Assembly: GCA_030054025.1 (NCBI GenBank)
Contig: JASGCQ010000003.1
Coordinates: forward strand, 182 to 64,181
Source: Phycisphaerales bacterium
GTDB taxonomy: Bacteria; Bacteroidota; Bacteroidia; Chitinophagales; Chitinophagaceae
Direction of reading: 5' to 3'
Length of the DNA: 64,000 nt
Each line of letters starts with the position of its first letter. Position 1 is the stretch's first letter. The notes under the pieces were generated by a model. The model did not search any database, was not told the DNA's origin, and saw only the letters and a program-made list of their open reading frames with translations. Position numbers and translations under genes: made by a program. Below are positions 41,680-51,282 of this stretch, piece by piece.

Positions 41680-43365
41680 ATGAGATGGATACTAATCCTT
41701 TTGTTGTTACCAATGACTGCGATTGCTCAAAAAATACTTTATCCACAAGGCTATTTTCACAATCCTGTAAATATCCCCATTTTATTGGCGGGTAATTTTG
41801 GAGAATGCCGATCAGGGCATTTTCACAGCGGCATTGATATAAAAACAGAGGGTAAAGAAAATTTGCCTGTTTTTGCAGCCGCAGATGGTTATATATCAAG
41901 AGTAAAAATGGAGCAGGGAGGTTTTGGTCATGCTATTTATATCACTCATCCCAATGGCTATACAACACTATATGCACATCTCAATGATTTTTTCCCGGTG
42001 CTGCAAAAAGTAGTACACAAAGCGCAGTATGAGCGCAACAACTGGGAGGTGAATTTGAATTTTTCTCCTAATCAATTTCTCGTAAAAAAAGGACAACAGA
42101 TAGCTTGGAGCGGCAATACTGGAGGCTCTACAGCCCCACATCTTCATTTCGAAATTAGAAATACTAAAACTGAACATCCGCTCAATCCACAATTGTTCGG
42201 GTTCGATATCGTTGATACCATTGCCCCTGTAGTGAGTGCTATCAGTCTATATAATGGGCAAGAAAGCATTTATGAACAAACTCCTGCTCTCATTAACGTA
42301 AGAAAAAAAAACGATAAAAACTATTTTGTAAGAGATACCATAAAAACGAACAATCAGCAGGTTCGTTTAGGCATATTGGTCAACGATTATATGAATCGCT
42401 CTGAAAATACTTTATCCTTTTATATAGCTGAATGGTATGCTAATGATGAGTTGCAAGGCAGAATAATTTTGGATGACATCGGCTATGACGAAACAAGATA
42501 CTTAAATGCCTGTGCCGACTATAAAGCGAAATATTTGACAGGCGACTGGTACAATAGCTTGTTTGTGTTGCCCAATAACAAGTTGAATAAAATCTATAGC
42601 GATTTGAAAAATAAAGATGGCAGTATAAGCCTTTTAGAAAATACTATTAACCTAATTAAAATAGTGTTGAAAGACAATAATGGCAATGAATGCCTTGTAA
42701 GCTTTTGCATACTACAGGAGGGGAATGCCACCTCGCACAAAGAGTGTGCTGTTCTCTGGAAATCAGGGTCAAAAAACGAAATTACAAATCATCCCAATAT
42801 TCGACTGCTACAAGAACCCGATGCTTTGTACGATAATGTTTGTTTTGATTTTCGAAAGCAATACCAAGCCAATGCGGTTTCTAGTAGGTATAAAATTCAT
42901 TACCCTTATGTACCCTTACACAAATATGCCGATTTGAGTATTAAATCCGAGCAAGCAATTCCTTTTGCTTTAAGTAATAAAGTAGCATTGTTGTACAATG
43001 ACGGAAAAAAAACATCGGGTAAAGCTTGCACTTTAAGCGAAGGTTGGTTTACGGCATTGATTCGCAATTTTGGTGATTATTGGTTGGTAGTAGATACTAC
43101 AGCACCCAGTATAAAACCAATGATGAAAAGTGGTACTAAGCTTGGTGCTAGAAAAGAAATTCGCTTTTCTGTAAGCGACAATTATACCTCAATAAAGAAA
43201 TTTGTAGGGAGTATAAACAATCAATGGATTTGTTTCGAGCAGCACGAAAATAATTGGTTCTATAGAATTGACGAGTATTGCTCTAAAGGGAAAAATAAAG
43301 TAGATATAATGGTAGCCGATGAAAATGGTAATGAACAAAAAATCGTATATTATTTTGTCAGGTAG
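41680..43365 (+). CDS. M23 family metallopeptidase
   Basis: GNFGECR.GHFHSGID (HxxxD), YAHL, SGNTGGS.APHLHFEIR (HxH). Confidence 0.92.
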   Translation: MRWILILLLLPMTAIAQKILYPQGYFHNPVNIPILLAGNFGECRSGHFHSGIDIKTEGKENLPVFAAADGYISRVKMEQGGFGHAIYITHPNGYTTLYAHLNDFFPVLQKVVHKAQYERNNWEVNLNFSPNQFLVKKGQQIAWSGNTGGSTAPHLHFEIRNTKTEHPLNPQLFGFDIVDTIAPVVSAISLYNGQESIYEQTPALINVRKKNDKNYFVRDTIKTNNQQVRLGILVNDYMNRSENTLSFYIAEWYANDELQGRIILDDIGYDETRYLNACADYKAKYLTGDWYNSLFVLPNNKLNKIYSDLKNKDGSISLLENTINLIKIVLKDNNGNECLVSFCILQEGNATSHKECAVLWKSGSKNEITNHPNIRLLQEPDALYDNVCFDFRKQYQANAVSSRYKIHYPYVPLHKYADLSIKSEQAIPFALSNKVALLYNDGKKTSGKACTLSEGWFTALIRNFGDYWLVVDTTAPSIKPMMKSGTKLGARKEIRFSVSDNYTSIKKFVGSINNQWICFEQHENNWFYRIDEYCSKGKNKVDIMVADENGNEQKIVYYFVR

Positions 43366-44398
43366 TACTCATATTTGCTAGTTGTCCGCAAGCAGCAGCA
43401 ATATCCTTACCTCGGCTCCTGCGCAAGTGTGCATTGATGTGATGTTGCTGTAAATGTTGTACAAATGCGTCAATAGCAGATTCCTTAGGTTTTTGAAAAT
43501 TGGCATTTTGTATTGAATTGTATTCCAAAATATTGACTAGATGCACGGGTACTTTTTTGTAAAAAGCAATCAGTTCATTGGCATCCTCAATAGTATCATT
43601 GAATCCTTCTAACAAAATATACTCCAGTGTAATTTCATTCTTGCTTTTAGTATGAAAATAATTCAGCATTGCAATCAATTCTTCCAAACGATTACTTTCG
43701 TTAATAGGCATTATCTCGTTGCGCTTCTTATCATTGGCAGCATGTAGCGATAGCGCTAGGTTGATTTTTATTTTTTCATCGGCTAGTTTTTTAATCATTT
43801 TCGCAACACCCGCCGTAGAAATGGTAATCCGTTTCGGAGCAATGGATAACCCTTTTTGGTCTGTCAATTTTTCTACTGATTGTATCACATTTTGATAATT
43901 GAGCATAGGCTCTCCCATACCCATATACACCACATTGCTGATTGGTTTTTGATAATGTACCAATGCAAGGTCGTTCAATAAAACAACCTGATCTACGATC
44001 TCATCAAAAGTGACATTCCGCTTGCGTTCCATATAGCCCGTAGCGCAAAAACTACAGGAAAGGCTGCATCCCACTTGGCTAGAAACACACACCGTAATTC
44101 TGTGTTCTGTTGGAATCAGTACTCCCTCTATAAGATGCTTGTCAAACAACTGTAAACTACATTTAATAGTGCCGTCAGTACTCATCTGATTATTGAAAAT
44201 TTTTGTTTGCGGGATAAAGCAATGCTCGTTCAGCAGAATCAAAAGCCCTTCAGGCAGCTCAGGCATCTCAGCAAAATTATAGATATGCCGATACCAAATG
44301 GTTTCGTAAATGTAATTGGCCTTAGACTTTTTGAAATCCCAATTCGTTACCAGTGTTTGGAGTTCGCTTAAAGAAAGATGCCGAATATTCTGTTTCAT
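43358..44398 (-). CDS. rlmN: Dual-specificity RNA methyltransferase RlmN (radical SAM)
   Basis: CVSSQVGCSLSCSFCATG, YMGMGEP, ISTAG, LALSLHA, DIAAACGQL. Confidence 0.96.
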   Translation of the reverse strand: MKQNIRHLSLSELQTLVTNWDFKKSKANYIYETIWYRHIYNFAEMPELPEGLLILLNEHCFIPQTKIFNNQMSTDGTIKCSLQLFDKHLIEGVLIPTEHRITVCVSSQVGCSLSCSFCATGYMERKRNVTFDEIVDQVVLLNDLALVHYQKPISNVVYMGMGEPMLNYQNVIQSVEKLTDQKGLSIAPKRITISTAGVAKMIKKLADEKIKINLALSLHAANDKKRNEIMPINESNRLEELIAMLNYFHTKSKNEITLEYILLEGFNDTIEDANELIAFYKKVPVHLVNILEYNSIQNANFQKPKESAIDAFVQHLQQHHINAHLRRSRGKDIAAACGQLANMSTT

Positions 44399-44813
44399 TA
44401 TTTGATAGGATACTTTTTATTGACTAGCAAAGGCAAAGAGTCGTTGGTACGAAAAATTTATATCTCCGAATAATTCGTTTGCTTTTCAAATCTTTGCATT
44501 CTTTGTTCAAAACTGTCAATATTACTCTTATAGAAATTGTCCTAGTATGGCTGAGTATTTTTATGATGATAAGAATGTATTTCCCATCAATCGCCTTGCT
44601 GCTTTACTCCGAATGCCCCTACCTAGATTGGGGTTCGTTTGCTAGGCTGAATTTATAAACGGAAAAACCAAATGTCCGACTTTGAAAAACCAAATGTCAA
44701 AAAAAACGACATTTTTGTAATCCAATCTTAGCTTAAACAGGCCTCAAAACGATAAATTTTGAGGCTTGTTTTGTAGTCCATACTGCTTCCTTACTTTGCA
44801 AATGTACTGCTTT

Positions 44814-45056
44814 TTATGACCTCAAACTTGCACCAATGGCAACGGATTTTGTACACTCATCCATAAATATATCATCAATTTCTTTCGAGCTTTCCTTTAT
44901 AGTTTGTGATGTAATATTAAATACTTGCCCCCCAAACTTATGTTTACTGTTGTGTTGTTAGTGCCTCCTGTTGCTATTGCTTCAGTTATACTTTTACCAA
45001 TACCACCAACATTAGCATTTGTTTTTTGGGTACCTGTTGGGTTTTGTTGGTTTATC
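44814..45056 (-). pseudogene. Frameshifted 3-prime fragment resembling the C-terminus of a Bacteroidota phage tape-measure-like protein
   Basis: ...ITEAIATGGTNNTTVNISLG /shift at G6 run/ GQVFNITSQTIKESSKEIDDIFMDECTKSVAIGASLRS*; similarity from memory only. Confidence 0.3.
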
Positions 45057-45396
45057 CGCCCCCGCAATACGAGGGTGCTGCATCCATAGGAACGCATACA
45101 CAGCAAGCAATTAGCCAATTACTCTCTAGTCGCCAATTTGTACAGCAAAGCTATCAGAGTTGTCAAGGAATCCTTCGACTAGACTCAAAGCACCAAAAAA
45201 AGGCTAGAGTTGGCTTGCGAACGAGCATTACACTACAAATATGGTACTTATAAAGTTGTCCGCACCATTTTACCAAATGACCTAGACCAACCCAAAGGCA
45301 AACAAAAAACAGCCACTCTTTTCGACTTGCCACAACATGAGCATGTGCATGGCCCTGCTCATTATTTTTTAATCACAAATAAAATAACAATAAAAC
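45051..45396 (+). pseudogene. istA: IS21 family istA C-terminal fragment (frameshifted, N-terminus missing)
   Basis: AASIG..T..AI..LL..R..V.QSY.SC.GIL.L, then RVELACERAL...Y..V..IL..DLD...LP.HE.V.G..HY. Confidence 0.75.
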
Positions 45397-46134
45397 ATGA
45401 ACAACAATGCAAATCTTAGCCAACTCAATGAGTTGCGTTTATGAGGTATGACTTCCAGTAATGAAGCACTACTACAACTTCTGGTACACGAGTTGCCTAC
45501 TAGACACCAAATGCTTTCGCAGCTGCTACAAGCAGAATCCTTACACCGAAGGGAGCAGCGTACCGCTGCATTGATACCTGGTGATTGTTTTAGATACTCA
45601 GCTTCTATTGAAGAACTGAGTTTTGCGGCTAAACGGAATTTGGTCAAAGACCACATACTCGCACTTGCCGATTGTAGCTATGTCGGCAGAGCAGAAAGTT
45701 TACTCATTACCATCGCAACGAGAGGTGGCAAAAATTTTGTTGCTTCGGCATTAGGATACCAAGTGTGCTTAATGGATTATAAAGTGAGGTATTTGAACAT
45801 GAACAAACTCGCCGAAACGCCCTATCAAAGTAAAGCTGATGGCTCATTAGTAAGAGAGTTCCTTCGTATAGTGAAATATCAATTGCTCCTTCTCGATGAC
45901 TTTGGATTATAGCCAATGGATCAAGACGTGAAGTTGGCTCTATTGCAGGTTATAGAAGACAGTCATGGTAGGGGTGTTGCCATTATTAATTCACAACTCC
46001 CAGTTGCCAAATGGTATGATTTTGTCGCAGAACCGACTATAGCAGACACCATTATGGATAGGTTACTGGCTAAAGTCAATCGTATTGAGCTCAAAGGCGC
46101 ATCTATGAGAAGAAGTGACAAAATGAATGATTAA
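45397..46134 (+). pseudogene. istB: IS21 family istB ATPase with two in-frame nonsense codons
   Basis: LR.*GM (TGA 45442), decayed Walker A, LLLDDFGL*PMD (TAG 45910), SQLPVAKWYD..AEPTIAD.IMDRL...RIELKG.SMR. Confidence 0.88.
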
Positions 46135-46227
46135 AAGATATAGTTAATTTTGCAATGAGCTTTTTGGTGTTATCTTCAAATTTTGAAACAAATGGATAAT
46201 TTGGATGGAGATAAAGATGTTGCTGCA

Positions 46228-46974
46228 TTAATTGAATGATGATGAGGATAACTCTAGCAGTTTTTGCCCCATAATAGACCTGATTTTTTCTTTCAAATCA
46301 GGGATGTCATCCATCTGAAGTGTAGCAACTGAAACAGGCTGAAGAACATAAGCTCTATTTTTACCTGGCCACATCTTCCACCAATACGTATTAGTCCAGC
46401 GTTTATTAGTATCGGGAAAAATAATGGGCAATATATCTGTTTGGGTATCTACTGCTAATCGAAAAGCTCCATCGTAAAAAGATTTCATGGGCTCGGCCGT
46501 TTCATTAAATGTACCTTCGGGATACATAAAAATACTGCATTCTTCTTTTAGGGTTTTGTGCATTTGCAGCATGCTATTGGCTCGTTTCGTAGCACTACTC
46601 CTATCTACCAATAAGGCAATTTGAGCATACACAAAGCCAAATACAGGAATTTTTGATAATTCATATTTCGCTAATGGTCTGAAGAAAAAAGGTACAACGT
46701 CGTACACAGCAATCGGGTCGAGATAAGAAACGTGGTTGGCAATAACAATGTATTTTTTGTGGCGAGGCACTATGCCGGTGGTTTTTACCCACATACCAAT
46801 AGTGCGCAAGCAAATCTTTGACCATAGCCAAGTGAGCCTCCAGATTGGTTTTCGACCAAAAGAATGACTGAAAATACTGAATAACAAATAAAAGGGCAAC
46901 ACTAATAATAGTGTTGCCAGAAAAACGATGACTACATAACCTGTGTAGAAAGGTTGTAAAATTGCTCGTAACAT
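46228..46974 (-). CDS. plsC: 1-acyl-sn-glycerol-3-phosphate acyltransferase
   Basis: ANHVSYLD (HxxxxD), YPEGT, FYDGAF.LA. Confidence 0.9.
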   Translation of the reverse strand: MLRAILQPFYTGYVVIVFLATLLLVLPFYLLFSIFSHSFGRKPIWRLTWLWSKICLRTIGMWVKTTGIVPRHKKYIVIANHVSYLDPIAVYDVVPFFFRPLAKYELSKIPVFGFVYAQIALLVDRSSATKRANSMLQMHKTLKEECSIFMYPEGTFNETAEPMKSFYDGAFRLAVDTQTDILPIIFPDTNKRWTNTYWWKMWPGKNRAYVLQPVSVATLQMDDIPDLKEKIRSIMGQKLLELSSSSFN

Positions 46975-46983
46975 AGTTCACTA

Positions 46984-47472
46984 CTACATTCCTGGAAACA
47001 ATGGTCGAGCTATTGCTTCGCGGAAAGGCCATGGAATAGTGGCCAACATCAGAATCAAGGAGAGTAAGGAATAAATAAAAATCTTCTTGAACTTAGTACG
47101 GTGGTCAATAGCTTGTTTAGTCAATCGGAATGCTATATGAGCCAAAACAATCGCGATAATCATACCCACAGGGTGTTCTAGCGCACTAAAACGAAATGCA
47201 GCATTGGCCATTACATTGGCGGTACCAATATTTTGAAAATTTTGAAAGCCTAGTGGACGGGTAAAGTAAAGCATCAGCCCAAGCAATAATTGTATATCCA
47301 TTGCTATCATAAAAAGCAGAGGCCATTTACGGTCGCTCGCTCCAAAATCTTTGTTATTGCGCATGCCCGAAAAACTTTTGATAATAGTCAATAATGCTAA
47401 AATCAAAACTATCCAACGAAAGAGATTATGTGTATGAATCATGGTATATTTTTTACAAGCACAAATGTACAA
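46984..47472 (-). CDS. Four-TM membrane protein (Bacteroidota cytochrome-b-like family)
   Basis: HNLFRW, DIQLLLGL.LY, EHPVGMIIAI.LAHI, IPWPFR. Confidence 0.7.
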   Translation of the reverse strand: MYICACKKYTMIHTHNLFRWIVLILALLTIIKSFSGMRNNKDFGASDRKWPLLFMIAMDIQLLLGLMLYFTRPLGFQNFQNIGTANVMANAAFRFSALEHPVGMIIAIVLAHIAFRLTKQAIDHRTKFKKIFIYSLLSLILMLATIPWPFREAIARPLFPGM

Positions 47473-47530
47473 GAATGAATGAAGAAATAAAGCAGGGCAG
47501 AAATATTTATAGCACTTGCAGACTTAGATT

Positions 47531-48523
47531 CTATCTCAAGTCAATCTCTGTATTATCTCCAATATTTAGGCTTTGACTGCTGCCTCTCACAAAGGCATCG
47601 TTACCGATAATAGATTCATGCATGAGTACATCTTCCAACTCTGCGTATGAACCAATGATCGAATTTTTGATAATTGAGAATTCTATTTTTGTAGCCTCCC
47701 CTATGGTCACATTAGGTCCAATGATTGAATTTTTAATGCAGCAGCCTTTAGCAATATTCACTGGATGAATGATTACAGTATCATTGAATACTGCTTCTGT
47801 ATCCGTATGATCATTATTTTTTAATAAAGTGGCATTGGTGGTGAGTAATGTTTCCTTCTTGCCACAATCAAACCAAGTATTGACCCTAAAAGCATCAAAT
47901 TGTACATTCTTATGGGTAATCATATCGTCCAAAGCATTAGTTAATGAAAACTCTTGCAGGGACTCTTGATTGGAGGAGAGTAAGGAATCAATGGACTCGA
48001 ACAATAGTTTTGTTTCTTTAATAAAATAAATGCCCACCATTGCCATATTGGATTTGGGTATCAAGGGTTTTTCTACCACATGTAATACTCTATCATTTTC
48101 TATGAGTTCTGCAACGCCAAAATTTCTGGGGTCATCTACTTTTTGCACGCCTATCAGCGATATATTGCTAGACAATATTTTTCTAAAATCGTAATCGCAA
48201 ATCGTATCGCCCAATACAATAATGATTTCTTCGTTTCCTATTACCTCTTTGGTGAGTCCAATGGCATGTCCGGTGCCTTTTCTATCATTCTGATTGACAA
48301 ATACACAATTTAGATTGGGGTAGTGTAAGGCGACATAGTCTTGAATCTTTTCTCCCAAATAGCCAATTACAAAAACAAATTCTTGGACTCCTGCGTCGAG
48401 CAGTTGATCTACAATGACGCTTAGAATTGTTTTACCCGCAATAGGTATCAAAGCCTTGGGTTGAGTGTAGGTTAATGGGCGTAATTTGGTGCCAGCGCCA
48501 GCTACAGGAATAATTGCTTTCAC
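47531..48523 (-). CDS. Sugar-phosphate nucleotidyltransferase with a C-terminal hexapeptide beta-helix (likely GTG start 48523)
   Basis: KAIIPVAGAGTKLRP.T...PK, GTGHAI, LGDTI, DPR.FGV, WFDCGK. Confidence 0.9.
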   Translation of the reverse strand: MKAIIPVAGAGTKLRPLTYTQPKALIPIAGKTILSVIVDQLLDAGVQEFVFVIGYLGEKIQDYVALHYPNLNCVFVNQNDRKGTGHAIGLTKEVIGNEEIIIVLGDTICDYDFRKILSSNISLIGVQKVDDPRNFGVAELIENDRVLHVVEKPLIPKSNMAMVGIYFIKETKLLFESIDSLLSSNQESLQEFSLTNALDDMITHKNVQFDAFRVNTWFDCGKKETLLTTNATLLKNNDHTDTEAVFNDTVIIHPVNIAKGCCIKNSIIGPNVTIGEATKIEFSIIKNSIIGSYAELEDVLMHESIIGNDAFVRGSSQSLNIGDNTEIDLR

Positions 48524-48690
48524 GATTGATAATTTACTTGGGTAAATAGGAATGGTTACAATTTTAAAAAGCATTGCAAATGTACATACAATCCATAATT
48601 GACTCTGAACCTGTATGCAATGAAAAAAAAAAGGTCTGAGAAGTACATCCTAATCAGACCTAAAATATCTACAATAGTATATTGAGCAAA

Positions 48691-49134
48691 TTAAATTTTC
48701 CAAACATCTACATCAGCAGCATTGTCTTCAGTTGTAGTTGCTGATGGCGTTGCAGCTGCAACACTTACTGTTGCAGATAATGCTTCTATGCTTTCTACAG
48801 ATTTGCTTTGCTCGTATTGCTCTTGATCATCAGCATGATTAAAAGCGTCAAAGTCAAAGTCGGGCATCAATTCTGTTTTTACATAATTGACAGTTTCTAC
48901 AAGAGCCTCAGCAAATTTATTAAAGTCTTCTTTGTAAATAAACATTTTATGGCGGTCGTATCCATCATCTTCAAAACGTTTTTTACTTTCTGTAATGGTA
49001 ATGAAGTAATCATTGCCCTTAGTAGATTTTACATCAAAAAAGTAAGTTCTTCTTTTACCTGCTTTTACTCTTTTGCTAAAAATGCTTTCATTGTTACGGT
49101 TCGCATCTCCGTAGTTTTTGTTGTCGTACGCCAC
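48691..49134 (-). CDS. DUF3276 family (PUR-like) nucleic-acid-binding protein (likely GTG start 49134)
   Basis: IFSKRVKAGKRRTYFFDVKST..NDYFITITESKK...RHKMFIYKEDF.KF. Confidence 0.9.
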   Translation of the reverse strand: MAYDNKNYGDANRNNESIFSKRVKAGKRRTYFFDVKSTKGNDYFITITESKKRFEDDGYDRHKMFIYKEDFNKFAEALVETVNYVKTELMPDFDFDAFNHADDQEQYEQSKSVESIEALSATVSVAAATPSATTTEDNAADVDVWKI

Positions 49135-49291
49135 TATTCGTGAGTTTTTAGTTATCAATATATCAGGACAAAAATAAAAAAGTACTTGGATAAACCAATT
49201 ATATTTTATTCAGACATGACCAATAATAAAGAACTAAAACTCTTTTTTGTTTTCTCAATAAACATCCTATATTTGCAACCCAATTGAAAAC

Positions 49292-49364
49292 GGTGCGATA
49301 GCTCAGTTGGTAGAGCAATGGACTGAAAATCCATGTGTCGGGGGTTCAAATCCCTCTCGCACCA
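49292..49364 (+). tRNA. tRNA-Phe (GAA)
   Basis: GGTGCGATAGCTCAGTTGGTAGAGCAATGGACTGAAAATCCATGTGTCGGGGGTTCAAATCCCTCTCGCACCA; promoter TATATTTG at 49268. Confidence 0.97.
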
Positions 49365-49377
49365 CAAGAAAGGACAA

Positions 49378-49413
49378 GCCTTTCAGCCCATAAAGCTGAA
49401 AGGCCTTTTTTTT
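49378..49413 (+). terminator. Terminator after tRNA-Phe
   Basis: GCCTTTCAGC...GCTGAAAGGC followed by a T-tract. Confidence 0.8.
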
Positions 49414-49550
49414 AGGTCGAACATTTGCCTGTTTAATGAGAGACTGCCATTAGGTGGATGAAAATGAGCAGCATGTCTCCATAGTAGCGGAAGGTGTCGT
49501 AAAAAAGCCCCGAAAAATTCGGGGCTAATTTTCTGTCGGAATCTAAAAAT

Positions 49551-50063
49551 TTACTGTCTTTGGTAAGTTGAAATCATCGTCAAATTATCATACACGGTGT
49601 CTATGCTGCCGTCGTTGTAATAACGAGTGTATGGTCCTGTGTATTGTATTTTTAGTGTTGATTTATCTAATTGTATAATTTTCGAATCAGTTGCCTTACC
49701 GAGTATCACTATATGTAAGGTGTCTGATTTTACAGACCAAATACCACTGCGAATTAATTGGCCATCTGTACTATTACACTTTGTAGCACCTTCTTCAAGG
49801 TCAAGAATTTTCTGTTCTAAAAAAACTGTGAGATCATCTTTTCGACAATCGGGCAGAACATTCATTTCATAAAAATCATAGCCTGGTTTTCCGTCTGCAT
49901 CATAACCAATAGGCTTGTCTCCCTTTGCTGATAAGCATTTCCATTTTCCAACTATAGAAGTTGTTTCTGTTGTCTTTGGTGTTTCCTTTTCTTCTTCTTT
50001 TTTTGAACAGGAAAGGATTGTCATTGCGGCCATACAGGCCATTAGTTTAATTGCTTTGCTCAT
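49551..50063 (-). CDS. Lipocalin-like lipoprotein
   Basis: ILSC lipobox; SIVGKWK, CRKDD..VF...EEGATKC...SGIW. Confidence 0.75.
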   Translation of the reverse strand: MSKAIKLMACMAAMTILSCSKKEEEKETPKTTETTSIVGKWKCLSAKGDKPIGYDADGKPGYDFYEMNVLPDCRKDDLTVFLEQKILDLEEGATKCNSTDGQLIRSGIWSVKSDTLHIVILGKATDSKIIQLDKSTLKIQYTGPYTRYYNDGSIDTVYDNLTMISTYQRQ

Positions 50064-50087
50064 ATAATTATTGCTTTGTTTTTTGAT

Positions 50088-50567
50088 TTATTCCTGTACA
50101 AACAGTGCTGAAAAACGGCAACTGTCATGCTTATTATCGCGGTTCTTCATCCATATTTCAGGGATCTCAATTAGCTTTTTCCCGTCTGTACCAATTGATA
50201 CTTTTACGGTCGCTGTTTCATAAGGCCGACTGTCATAGACTACATTTACGCCCGTGATAGAGTCGTTTGCGAACATATATACCTGCTTCTGTTCTACGAG
50301 ATCGCCTATGGTATAGTTTCCGCTTTTTATCGGCTCATTGAATGATAAATACCACTGTGCTTTTAGTGTGGTTCCTTCATAAATGCTGCTTCGGAAAGCA
50401 TTGGTTTGGTACAGGACATCGTTAGCGGTGTTGCTATGCCCGTTCACTATCCAATGCGTTTTGAGTGGCTCGCCAGGTGTGTCCGGTGTTTTGTCCTCCT
50501 CTTTTTTGGAGCAGGAGAATAGCAATGTTGCGGTCATACAGACCAGCAGTGTTTTAATGTGTTGCAT
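50088..50567 (-). CDS. Hypothetical lipoprotein (likely start 50567)
   Basis: MQHIKTLLVCMTATLLFSCSKKEE lipobox. Confidence 0.7.
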   Translation of the reverse strand: MQHIKTLLVCMTATLLFSCSKKEEDKTPDTPGEPLKTHWIVNGHSNTANDVLYQTNAFRSSIYEGTTLKAQWYLSFNEPIKSGNYTIGDLVEQKQVYMFANDSITGVNVVYDSRPYETATVKVSIGTDGKKLIEIPEIWMKNRDNKHDSCRFSALFVQE

Positions 50568-50604
50568 TGTTGTATGATTATTTGTGTGAAAAAAGAATGT
50601 TTTT

Positions 50605-51015
50605 TTATTCTGTGTAAATCGTGCCGCATTTGTTGCAATGCCAGGATTTAAGCCATAGATCTCGCAATCCCGGATAAACATCTTTGTTATATCGAAACGC
50701 TTTAAAGGCTATGTATCCTCCAATGGCTGCAATGATGCCACCTAAAAGAACCGTTTGCGCATATACTGCAATTACAATTGCAATAAAAACTATCAGTGGC
50801 ACCCATTTATAGGATTTTTTGGGAGGAGGGGCTGCTTTAGAAGCCAAATATGATTGTGATTTACCAGAAGTGGTAGTTGTTGCCGAACCAATTCCAAAGC
50901 CCGTACCTCCACCGCCGCCAAAGGTGGTGCTTGTTGTGCTGATATGTTGTGTGCCAGATTGAAAAATAATACTCAATCGTTGTGTATTCTCTGATTTACA
51001 TTGTGGGCATTCCAT
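50605..51015 (-). CDS. Small membrane protein with terminal CxxC pairs (split Zn ribbon)
   Basis: MECPQC...Gly-rich linker...two TM helices...WHCNKCG. Confidence 0.7.
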   Translation of the reverse strand: MECPQCKSENTQRLSIIFQSGTQHISTTSTTFGGGGGTGFGIGSATTTTSGKSQSYLASKAAPPPKKSYKWVPLIVFIAIVIAVYAQTVLLGGIIAAIGGYIAFKAFRYNKDVYPGLRDLWLKSWHCNKCGTIYTE

Positions 51016-51039
51016 TGTTTGAATCGTTTTAATAGTTTA

Positions 51040-51255
51040 CTATTTGAGTTTACATTTTGCATTTTGTGAGCTGAATGTTTTTTCAAAAGACTGGCACATG
51101 TCCTTTGCATTCCCTTTTTTTGCAGGAAGCACTTCCTGAAAAACAACGTCACCATTGGCAGTGCATTCACATTGCCAGTCTTTGACTTTGTTACAAGCAC
51201 TAAGGCCACTTAGAATAGTAGTTGCTATAAGAGCAACAAGAAAATTTACTTTCAT
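51040..51255 (-). CDS. Small Cys-rich lipoprotein
   Basis: LSAC lipobox; WQCEC...C...C. Confidence 0.7.
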   Translation of the reverse strand: MKVNFLVALIATTILSGLSACNKVKDWQCECTANGDVVFQEVLPAKKGNAKDMCQSFEKTFSSQNAKCKLK

Positions 51256-51282
51256 ATATTTTATGTTTTTTGAGTGACTATT

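Noticed and set aside
45442-45912. Stop-codon recoding in istB
   Set aside because: Two different stop codons, a decayed Walker A and a truncated istA indicate a pseudogene; normal genes here end in TGA and TAG.
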